64,000 bases of DNA from an uncultured Spirochaetota bacterium (GTDB lineage Bacteria; Spirochaetota; Brevinematia; Brevinematales; JAOACQ01). A program made the position numbers and the translations under genes. The DNA is taken from positions 96,001 to 160,000 of the forward strand of contig CAVYGN010000002.1 of assembly GCA_963768055.1 (NCBI GenBank), given 5' to 3'. A model generated the notes under the pieces. That model did not search any database. It had not been told where the DNA came from and saw only the letters and a program-made list of their open reading frames with translations. This document shows positions 19,908-28,207 of the stretch, one piece after another (position 1 is the stretch's first letter; every line of letters begins with the position of its first letter).

Positions 19908-21203
19908 ATGCCGATTTTAGGCAGGGATTTGAATGAATTGGAAAACGCATGCTATCTGCAAAATAAAAGTGCGCCTTTTAACATTGTTATTTGCTTGCAC
20001 TTCAAAGGCTGTTTGGCGTATGAAACTTTTGCGGAAGCACTGGAAATAAACAGAGCCAGGCATTATTATTTATCCTGCTTTATAGAGGAAAAGGATGGGG
20101 TTCCAAAGTTCGTATATAATAATAATGTCAAAATTCCTATAAAAATTATGAATTCTGATTACGATAACCAATGGGTCAATGAATGTAAGGAACAGATGAA
20201 TTGCCCTTTTGATCTCGGGAAAGCTCCGCCTGCTAAAATAATCTGGATAATAAAAAATAATTCCTCTGATATAATTTTTAATTTTTCACATATAATATCT
20301 GATGGAATTTCCATGATGAATTTTATAATTGATTTATTTAAAACTCTGAATATTTTATTAAAAAAGGAAAAAATAACTATCAAGAAAGAAACCGAAATTT
20401 TTCCAGATATAAGGTATTTTCCTGATAATTTTGATAATTTGAATAAAAAAAAAGATGAATCCCTTATTATGGATTGGCTTGAAAAGGTAAAATCTTATAA
20501 GATTGAAAACAGGTCTTCCAATATAATAGTCTGCCAATTAAGTAAAGAAGAAACAAGGGAAATTATCAATAGATGCAAAAAAGAAGATACTACCATAAAT
20601 TCGATGCTTGCTGCCGCATTAATCTTAAGTATGAAAAATTATATCCTGCAAAAGTATGGTGTAACGGAGGATTTCCTGATTAATACCAGCTCGGGATTGA
20701 ATTTGAGGAAGTTTTATAAATGCGCCGTATCGGATCGTCAATTGGGGTGCTGGGCAGGAAAGGGTTATATTTTATACAATTCAAGAAATGTCGGGTCTTT
20801 ATGGGATTGCTCAAGGGACTATGAACAAAGATTATATCAAAATATCAATTCGGGCGCACCTTTCTTATATCTGAAAAAGAGTTTTGAAATTTTAAAGCGG
20901 TATCAAGCCGGTGAAAAAGCATTAAAAAAAGAAAATAATTTACCAAGTGTAATGCTTACAAATCTTGGTAAAGTAGATTATATCGATCTGTATAGTAACG
21001 AAACAAAATTAGAGAAAATCAGTTTTACTTCGCCGATGTACCGGAATTGGCCCAGTGATTTAGGTTTTGGAATTTGTGCTTTGACATACGATAATCAATT
21101 ATCGATGGTATTTCAATATATGAGTCCGGCATGGATCGATAGCGAAGCTAAAAAATATGTCAATAGCCTATTGAAGCTGATGGATATTAAGGCTAAAAAT
21201 TAG
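19908..21203 (+). CDS. Second condensation-domain / PapA5-like acyltransferase (paralog of 17852..19165)
   Basis: RARH.YL, PFDLGKAP, FSHIISDGIS (HxxxDG), TNLGK; shares QxGCW, LWDC and DLGFGI with the first copy; alternative TTG start 19896. Confidence 0.8.
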   Translation: MPILGRDLNELENACYLQNKSAPFNIVICLHFKGCLAYETFAEALEINRARHYYLSCFIEEKDGVPKFVYNNNVKIPIKIMNSDYDNQWVNECKEQMNCPFDLGKAPPAKIIWIIKNNSSDIIFNFSHIISDGISMMNFIIDLFKTLNILLKKEKITIKKETEIFPDIRYFPDNFDNLNKKKDESLIMDWLEKVKSYKIENRSSNIIVCQLSKEETREIINRCKKEDTTINSMLAAALILSMKNYILQKYGVTEDFLINTSSGLNLRKFYKCAVSDRQLGCWAGKGYILYNSRNVGSLWDCSRDYEQRLYQNINSGAPFLYLKKSFEILKRYQAGEKALKKENNLPSVMLTNLGKVDYIDLYSNETKLEKISFTSPMYRNWPSDLGFGICALTYDNQLSMVFQYMSPAWIDSEAKKYVNSLLKLMDIKAKN

Positions 21204-21241
21204 GGGACAGACTGAGAATTTAAAATAAATCTCTAAAATTA

Positions 21242-22516
21242 TCAACCCTTCTTCCTGTCAGTCCTGAGATGGCAGAAACGCTTGACCGCTTGTTTCAGGT
21301 TGTCTTTATCCGCTTTCACAATCCTGTTTATATGAAAACCTCCGAAAAAACTCTCGTTTTCATTCCGGCTCCATCTCTGGTGACATCCTCCCCTGACAAA
21401 ACCGATCACCGGGAAATACATGATGAAGTCGTAATCTTTTTGAGACGCTTCCTCGCCCACGAATTCGCCTATTTCTATGCAGAAACCATTTAATGAAATA
21501 TCTATCAATTTCCCGACATAGTAATCTTCCTTATCGGAACTCCATAGGGAAGTGGGACAAAGTTCGGGATCGACGGGGTAAAACCTGTGAGCGGGGTTTG
21601 TCATGTTCCTTCCCTCGCGGAACCTTGAAAAGAGCTTTTTACTCATAATACGGCCGTCTATATCGAATTCAGTGCAGACCACGCCTTTTTGAAAAATTGA
21701 AACGAGGGCTTTAGCCCATGTCCATTCGCCGTTCTTATCGTCAATTCTTAAAAAATCGGCTTTCATCCCGATGGGATAATGGAGGTCGATGTAATCGATA
21801 AACTTGGCATTGAAAGTATTTAAAGCGATCTGGGAACCCTTTAACGGTATGTTGCCGAAAACATGGCAGCAGGCTATGGTCATCTGCCTCGCCGCTTCCA
21901 TGACCATCATGCCGGGGACATGCTCCTGGTGATGCTCGAAAAAAAAGCTGTGCCGCATATCTACAAGCATTTCGGCGTAAAAAACATTTTCCTTTTTAAA
22001 AGCTTCAATGGATTCGAAAATTTCATAAAGGATCATTTTTTCATGATTGGTGAGGCTGATATCCTTTTTGCTCAGGATATCCTGGATGGCCCTGTCCTCG
22101 AACTCTGAAAGGCTTTTCTTTAACAGGTAGCAATTGTACTTCTCGTTTTTCCTGTAATAGTTCATTAGAAAATCATGGTCTTTTTTAGAAAGCTTCAGAT
22201 CATTTTCAAGAAAATCTGCCTCGATCGTATGCGGTATATTAAAGAGAATATAACATTCCCTGTTATGAATTATCGGATCGGAGGTATCCTGTGATTCTTC
22301 ATTAACGGGCAGCGGAGCGCCCGGTTTATGGAAAATATAGTATTCCAGGAATATCGCTAAGTCCGGGAGCGTTAAAGAGGGTATGATGATGTTTTCAACA
22401 GTTTCCTTTTCGATGCAGTATGGAATGCTCCTTCGGAGACCCCTTAAAAAGACATTCTCCGGGTATTTCTTATGGACATATTTTCTATCGACAGCCTTGT
22501 CCGCGCCATTACGCAT
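21242..22516 (-). CDS. AfsA/ScbA-related hotdog-domain protein with C-terminal PilZ-like domain
   Basis: N-terminal VDRKYVHK..PENVFL and HSFFFEHHQEHVPGMMVMEAARQ match AfsA-family motifs; C-terminal HRF...GKLIDISLNGFCI...RWSR...GFH fits PilZ (DxSxxG). Confidence 0.82.
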   Translation of the reverse strand: MRNGADKAVDRKYVHKKYPENVFLRGLRRSIPYCIEKETVENIIIPSLTLPDLAIFLEYYIFHKPGAPLPVNEESQDTSDPIIHNRECYILFNIPHTIEADFLENDLKLSKKDHDFLMNYYRKNEKYNCYLLKKSLSEFEDRAIQDILSKKDISLTNHEKMILYEIFESIEAFKKENVFYAEMLVDMRHSFFFEHHQEHVPGMMVMEAARQMTIACCHVFGNIPLKGSQIALNTFNAKFIDYIDLHYPIGMKADFLRIDDKNGEWTWAKALVSIFQKGVVCTEFDIDGRIMSKKLFSRFREGRNMTNPAHRFYPVDPELCPTSLWSSDKEDYYVGKLIDISLNGFCIEIGEFVGEEASQKDYDFIMYFPVIGFVRGGCHQRWSRNENESFFGGFHINRIVKADKDNLKQAVKRFCHLRTDRKKG

Positions 22517-22741
22517 AAAAAAGGTCTCCGTGGGTCGCAGTTAAATCCCCCGTACAAAAGACCCATGTTTTATTATAAAAACAAATAAATAAAAATATCA
22601 AGAATTGAAATATAACTGAATTGAAAAATAACATTTTTTCACTGAAAAAAGCAATAGAAAAAGGTTATAAAATTTATTTGACATAACGATATTGATTTAT
22701 TAAATTAAAAACAATATTTTACACTCTTAAAGGAGGGATGT

Positions 22742-23152
22742 ATGAAAAAAATCGTGATTTTAAGCTTTCTGCCCATAGTTTTGATCGCGGCGATGGCACT
22801 GGCGGCATCTAAAACTGCTGTTTACAACGGTTATTTATCCGACACTCTGTGCTATACTAACAAGGACAGCATAGCGTTCGACGGGGCGAACATGAAGACG
22901 AACCCTGAAAAACACACTGTAGTCTGCCTGAAAAACAAGTCTTGCGCGGCTTCGGGATACGGACTTTTAATCAAGAACGACAGCGGCACTTACGATTTTA
23001 CAAAATTCGACAATAACGGCAACAAGCAGATAAAAGCCTTGCTGAAATCGACAAAGAGAACAGACAACTATTATATTCAGGTTAAGGGCGTTATGGCTAA
23101 AAATATTATCAGAGTAGTGAAGATCAGCGAAGCCCAACCGGCCGGCAATTAA
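22742..23152 (+). CDS. Secreted hypothetical protein with Cys/His motif
   Basis: Signal peptide; GYLSDTLC, KHTVVCL, CAASGYG; strong RBS AAGGAGG. Confidence 0.7.
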   Translation: MKKIVILSFLPIVLIAAMALAASKTAVYNGYLSDTLCYTNKDSIAFDGANMKTNPEKHTVVCLKNKSCAASGYGLLIKNDSGTYDFTKFDNNGNKQIKALLKSTKRTDNYYIQVKGVMAKNIIRVVKISEAQPAGN

Positions 23153-23178
23153 GCATTCCAAAATCACAATTCAAAGCG

Positions 23179-23222
23179 TCGTCCCAAAAGCTTAAGTTCA
23201 AAGCGCTTTTGGGACGATTTCA
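23179..23222 (+). terminator. Rho-independent terminator-like hairpin
   Basis: 13-bp stem TCGTCCCAAAAGC/GCTTTTGGGACGA followed by a short T run. Confidence 0.6.
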
Positions 23223-23257
23223 TATATGGGTCAGGATAAGGGTATCAGGAGGGTCTT

Positions 23258-25123
23258 ATTAAATTCAATTCCATCCAGACAAAAATACTTTCGTCTCTTT
23301 CAGCCCTTTTGGTTGCGGCAGTAGTATTGATAATCGTCTTTATAGTATATAATCAGCGTGCGAACCTCCTCGATGAAAATCATAAAAACGTTAAGGTAAA
23401 CCTGGAATCCCTCATCGTGTCGCTTAAAAACATGATGCTCACAGGAAACGCCCCCGTCCTGGTCAATACCATGAGAGACCTTTCAGGGGAAAAGCTTTAC
23501 AAAAAAATTAACATATTGAGAATGGACGGGACCATCGCCTTCAGCGACGATCAAACTATCAAGGCCGTTAACGCAAAATCGGGCCAGTCGTTTGAAATTT
23601 CCGAAAGGCTTGCCGACGACAGGAGCGATTCTGAAAAAGCAAAGGATTCTCAAAATATTATTTTCGTTTCAAACACACAGGGTTTCGTTACAAAATCAAA
23701 TCCAGGGCAGGGTGAAAACGATTATTACCTACCGATAAAATTCGAAAATTCCTGCGCCCTCTGCCATGAAAGCGGCCGGATTTTCCGCGGCGTGGCCCAT
23801 ATTACCCTTTCGACTATGGAAATTAACGATAAAATCACGGGGATGCGTAATATTCTTTCTTTGTTTTTTATCGGTGCCGGTGCGATACTGCTCATGTTTA
23901 TTTTCCTTCTTGTTAAAAGGCAGATAATTACACCGATCCTGAAAATCAGCGAAACGGCTGAAGAAGTCAGCAGGGGCGATTTCACCAGGCGGTTCGACCT
24001 TAAAAACAGGGACGAAATCGGCGACTTCGCGGCTAACCTGAACGATTTCGTGGGCAATCTGAACGGCGATATCCGGCAGGTTAAAAGCGCGTCCGAAAAA
24101 ATCAACAGCCTTTCAAACAATTCGATCCGGCTCATGGAGGGCAAGGTTAAAAACAATATAATGGAGATTGAATCCAGTATCAACCATATTGACGGACAGA
24201 CTGAAAGAACCACTACAGGCGTCAACGAACTTACCACCACAGTCGAGGAAATCGTACGCAACCTTCAAAGCATTATGGGCAGTATAAAGAACCAGGCCGT
24301 TGCCGTCGAGGAATCTTCAAGCTCTATCGAAGAAATAGTCAGGACTATCGAAAGGACAACCGATATGTCCACCCAAACCCGGAGCATAGCGGACGAACTC
24401 AATAAGGTCGCTAAGGATGGAGGCGAAGCTGTCAAAAATTCCGTATCGGCGATCAGGGAAGTATCCGAGTATTCGCAGCAGATCATCAAGATCCTGTCCC
24501 TCATCACAAACGTATCGAAGAATACTAACCTGCTGGCCATGAACGCTGCTATAGAGGCCGCGCATGCCGGAGACGCCGGAAAAGGTTTCGCCATTGTAGC
24601 TGAAGAGATACGTCATCTTTCAGAGGAAACCGGCAAAAATGCCCGCGAAATCGGCGAAGTGGTCAGTACAATTGTCTCCCGGATCGATGTTTCAGTGAAC
24701 CTGGCGGAGAAAGCCGGGATAGGACTCGAAACTATAATGGCTTATTCAAGCCAGAGTGCAAAAATCATAGAACAATTGAATGTAAGCATGGAAGAGCAGA
24801 ACCATGGGGCAAAGGAGATCCTGAAAGCGATCCAGTACCTCGTTCAAATCTCGGAGGAGGTTAAATTCTCTATCCAGGAACAAAACAAGGCGACGGACGA
24901 ATTCGCGGCGGCATTAAAAGAGATCTGCGACCTGACTTTTAAAAATAAAGACGATGTGAAAATGCATATAAATAACCTTGAGAGCCTCATAAAGGCGGTT
25001 GAAGAGATCAAAAACAATATAAGCGTAAATCAGGAGCTTGCAAAAAACCTCAAATCCCTGATGGACAAGTTCAATACCGGAGAAACAGAAAGTGAAAGAT
25101 CGGAAATGAGGCTTGTCGAGTAA
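23258..25123 (+). CDS. Methyl-accepting chemotaxis protein with CxxCH (heme c-type, Tll0287/DUF3365-like) sensor domain
   Basis: Two TMs, periplasmic CALCH, HAMP (RDEIG), signalling tip TNLLAMNAAIEAAHAGDAGKGFAIVAEEIR; start placed at ATT 23258 after AGGAGG (track start TTG 23309). Confidence 0.9.
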   Translation: MKFNSIQTKILSSLSALLVAAVVLIIVFIVYNQRANLLDENHKNVKVNLESLIVSLKNMMLTGNAPVLVNTMRDLSGEKLYKKINILRMDGTIAFSDDQTIKAVNAKSGQSFEISERLADDRSDSEKAKDSQNIIFVSNTQGFVTKSNPGQGENDYYLPIKFENSCALCHESGRIFRGVAHITLSTMEINDKITGMRNILSLFFIGAGAILLMFIFLLVKRQIITPILKISETAEEVSRGDFTRRFDLKNRDEIGDFAANLNDFVGNLNGDIRQVKSASEKINSLSNNSIRLMEGKVKNNIMEIESSINHIDGQTERTTTGVNELTTTVEEIVRNLQSIMGSIKNQAVAVEESSSSIEEIVRTIERTTDMSTQTRSIADELNKVAKDGGEAVKNSVSAIREVSEYSQQIIKILSLITNVSKNTNLLAMNAAIEAAHAGDAGKGFAIVAEEIRHLSEETGKNAREIGEVVSTIVSRIDVSVNLAEKAGIGLETIMAYSSQSAKIIEQLNVSMEEQNHGAKEILKAIQYLVQISEEVKFSIQEQNKATDEFAAALKEICDLTFKNKDDVKMHINNLESLIKAVEEIKNNISVNQELAKNLKSLMDKFNTGETESERSEMRLVE

Positions 25124-25136
25124 GTGTGCGGAAGGT

Positions 25137-25340
25137 TTAAAACTCAAGATAGGCCCTGTTGATCCCGAATTCGCTGAACCTGGACCATGGGATGCCGTTG
25201 TCCCTGAAAACCCCTTTAATGATTTCCTGCCAGTTATCCCATGTCGCATGGTGAATATATGATCTTTCTTCCCCGATAATGACAATTATATCCAATGTTC
25301 CACGGACCCTGTCTATGTTCCCTAATTTCACGCAATTCAC
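25137..25340 (-). CDS. Small hypothetical protein
   Basis: GTG start overlaps the upstream stop (GTGA); no motif recognised. Confidence 0.45.
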   Translation of the reverse strand: MNCVKLGNIDRVRGTLDIIVIIGEERSYIHHATWDNWQEIIKGVFRDNGIPWSRFSEFGINRAYLEF

Positions 25341-25852
25341 AGGCTTTTTATTCCAAGTTTATCGAATAATTTAATAAGGCCATAGAAATTATTTTCTAAA
25401 CCGGCTTGTTTTTTCAATATGAAGAAAATATTTTTTTCAGGATAGAGCAGGATAAGATCGCCTGAATGATAATAACCGTAAAAGTTATTTATGCCGGTTT
25501 TGCTCTCTTCATTGTTTTCCCTGGCTTCGCATGACCCGTCATCAAAGAATTTTAAAAACATTTCACTGCCGTAATTTTTATCTTTTTTTGCACTTTTAAG
25601 AATTTTTCTTATATAAAACCATTTTTTGAATATAATGCTTATGCCATAGACTATTAAACCTATGTCGGCAATGACAAAGAGTATAAACTTACCGGAAAAA
25701 CGAAGCAGTAAAATATTTAACATTATTAAACCTGCGATTGATAATATAATACCCAGGATCGGAAAGATAATGTTGATTTTATTCCTCCCGTAATGGATCG
25801 ATGCCGCCTTTTTATAATCATTATCTTTTAATATCTGAGAAAATTCAATCAT
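25337..25852 (-). CDS. YcxB-like membrane protein
   Basis: Two TM helices followed by a soluble beta region ending in LLY...FFILKK. Confidence 0.6.
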   Translation of the reverse strand: MIEFSQILKDNDYKKAASIHYGRNKINIIFPILGIILSIAGLIMLNILLLRFSGKFILFVIADIGLIVYGISIIFKKWFYIRKILKSAKKDKNYGSEMFLKFFDDGSCEARENNEESKTGINNFYGYYHSGDLILLYPEKNIFFILKKQAGLENNFYGLIKLFDKLGIKSL

Positions 25853-25868
25853 ATCGAAACGTCCGCCT

Positions 25869-26981
25869 TTACTTCATTTTCTTTATCAGCATAAGATTAC
25901 GTGCATGGTCTTTTCTCCGGTAGCTGTATTCGAAATCCAGGGGGATCTTCGGAGCCTTTTCATAAGCGTCCCTTAAATCTTTCTGGAGGAATCCCCGAAA
26001 CAAAAAATGGGGTTCATGATAGATGCCGAACAGGGTTATTTTCCAATCACTGCCGAAATATTTATAGGGAATGGCGCTGTCATCCTGGACTATAACATCC
26101 ATGTTTGTCAATGATATCCCCCTGATAATTGAGAAATTATCCATATGCGGCAGATAAGAAGCGGCTTTCAAAATACCGGCGGTCTTTCCCAGGCCGGTCA
26201 GGTATTTTCTCCATGAAATTTCTTTGGACAATGACGGATTCGACAGGTCTAAATGAAGGAAGATCACCTGTTTTTTCACACCGTCCGAATCAAGAAACTC
26301 GATTGCTCCGCTCCTGCACTGTTCGCCGTTTTTCAGTTTAATGAATGAAAGCGATCCATCGCTTTGAACGTCTACCTTATAAAGGGCGACAGGTGTTATG
26401 CCAAGCCAGCTCATTTGCGCCAGAATATGCGGGAACACTCCCCTTATAGGGGATTTTTCCAGGTCGCTTGCCATATCTTTTGTCGTATAATAGTTCCAAT
26501 AAATCAGATAATCGTAACCCGCGATCATTTTTAAAAGGCTTTTGTCCATGTCCTTCTTCGAAATGTTTAACAGGTCGGGTATTCCTCCCGCCGTTTCAAG
26601 CCCTATCAGAATATAAGTTTTTGCGCCGGGGAAAAAATCATGGGCGTTGATGAAATCCGCTCCGGCGAATGGATAAAAACAGACGCTATGATTTTCATCT
26701 TTCAGCCATTTCTCCCTCCACGAGCGAACAGGCTGAAATGTTTTCGACTCGTAATAATTCCAGTAATCGTTCATCTTTTTCTTGAATTTAATGTAATTCT
26801 CGTCGTCTGTTAAAACCCGGAGCGCGCTTCCTTCAGGAAGTTCCCCGCCGGAAAAAAACTTCGCCGCTTCAAGCGGGGTGTATTCGATTGCCGTTTTATT
26901 ATCATCGGTAAAAGCACATGATAAAACCGTCAATAGCAATATCGATAAACCGATTAAATTAATTTTAAGATTGTTATGCAA
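25869..26981 (-). CDS. Hypothetical lipoprotein
   Basis: Lipobox VLSC; FYPFAGADF, LKAASYL and VQDDSAIP blocks. Confidence 0.7.
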   Translation of the reverse strand: MHNNLKINLIGLSILLLTVLSCAFTDDNKTAIEYTPLEAAKFFSGGELPEGSALRVLTDDENYIKFKKKMNDYWNYYESKTFQPVRSWREKWLKDENHSVCFYPFAGADFINAHDFFPGAKTYILIGLETAGGIPDLLNISKKDMDKSLLKMIAGYDYLIYWNYYTTKDMASDLEKSPIRGVFPHILAQMSWLGITPVALYKVDVQSDGSLSFIKLKNGEQCRSGAIEFLDSDGVKKQVIFLHLDLSNPSLSKEISWRKYLTGLGKTAGILKAASYLPHMDNFSIIRGISLTNMDVIVQDDSAIPYKYFGSDWKITLFGIYHEPHFLFRGFLQKDLRDAYEKAPKIPLDFEYSYRRKDHARNLMLIKKMK

Positions 26982-27063
26982 GAAAAACCTCCGACATACT
27001 TTTAATAGAAGATATTTTAAAGGAAGCCTGAAAATTTATCCATAAGACAGGGAATTGTATTAT

Positions 27064-27170
27064 GGGCCCTTCTAATAACCCCCGGACAAGCCGGGATAAA
27101 CGCCTTTTCACGCCGAGCAAGTCGGCACAAGGGCGGCAAGGTTGGGCCCATAGGGTTTATGACAATTGCC
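27064..27170. repeat. Degenerate copy of the 111-bp MITE-like repeat
   Basis: GGGCCCTTCTAATAAC...CGCCTTTTCA...GGCGGCAAGGTTGGGCCCAT matches blocks of 38601-38650. Confidence 0.65.
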
Positions 27171-27176
27171 GATCCG

Positions 27177-28010
27177 TCATTCACCTGTCCATGAGGCTAT
27201 ATATTTCAAGTCTCCGGTATCGATGCCGGGTTTTTTGCGGCTAAATGCCCCTTTCAGCCCCAGTTCCCATGCGGCGAATTCGAAATGGCAGATAGCTATA
27301 CCCATATCGATGTTCTGAAGTTTTATATCCCTGAAGATATTGTTATACATTACATTCTCGTTAAGATAGAAGTGAAAACCAAGGCTTTCAGGCTTCTCCC
27401 TGATGATCCTCCAGGGCTGCCTGTTTGATGCGGAAGGGGCGGCCCTGACCGCTTCAAGGACAGTTCCGTACTGCCCCGCATCTTTTTTTAAGAGGGGGTT
27501 GTCAAAAGACCTGTCGAAAAAGAGTTCTTCAAAGCTCTTCCGGTTTCTAGCGCCTTTAGACGATCCGAATATTCCTACAATGAAAGAGCTTTTATCACCG
27601 GGGTAACCGAGCGGGGTAACTGCAGGAATAACCTCCCCGGGCATAAGGCCGATCCTTTTCGCGAAAGCGCTTCTTGAAAGCGTGCCGGCAATCCAGCAGC
27701 TTCCGAGCCCTAACCCGGTAGCCTTCAACACGCCTGCTTCCATGCAATACCCGAAATCTTCCATTGACATTTCGCCCTTTTTAACTGCGCCTGCAAGATA
27801 AGAAACCGCCCCCTTTATCATCAAACTAGTCCCAAGGTTATTTCCTTCCCCCTGTCCTACAAGCCTGAAACGCACAGTGTTTCCGAACGGACCTTTTTCG
27901 AAAGATTTTAGATAATCCATCAGGGAATCCTTTTTTTCGTTTTCCACATCCCTGCCGTCGTAAGCCCTTGTAGAATGCCTGCGGAATATCAGGTCTATCA
28001 TCGATTCCAT
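27177..28010 (-). CDS. Nitroreductase family protein (tandem domains)
   Basis: RRHSTRAY, LGLGSCWIAG, AAPSASNRQPW, IDMGIAICHF. Confidence 0.88.
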   Translation of the reverse strand: MESMIDLIFRRHSTRAYDGRDVENEKKDSLMDYLKSFEKGPFGNTVRFRLVGQGEGNNLGTSLMIKGAVSYLAGAVKKGEMSMEDFGYCMEAGVLKATGLGLGSCWIAGTLSRSAFAKRIGLMPGEVIPAVTPLGYPGDKSSFIVGIFGSSKGARNRKSFEELFFDRSFDNPLLKKDAGQYGTVLEAVRAAPSASNRQPWRIIREKPESLGFHFYLNENVMYNNIFRDIKLQNIDMGIAICHFEFAAWELGLKGAFSRKKPGIDTGDLKYIASWTGE

Positions 28011-28207
28011 AAATCACACTCCTTTATGAAGATATCATTATTTGGAAAAAATCTTCCGCGAAGCCGCACTATGGCGTCTTATAATTTACCACTTATTTTG
28101 ATATTACTTCGCGTTGATTAGTGTAGCCTTGAACAAAAATATTATAATCATAAATGCAGAAAAAATAAAAATAATGTAAAATTAACGGGGGCCGGGAATA
28201 ATAACTT

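Noticed and set aside
17852..21203. NRPS assembly line
   Set aside because: No adenylation, carrier or thioesterase domains are present; these are stand-alone acyltransferase-like proteins
25137..25340. HicA-like toxin call
   Set aside because: It lacks the GSH motif and has no HicB partner
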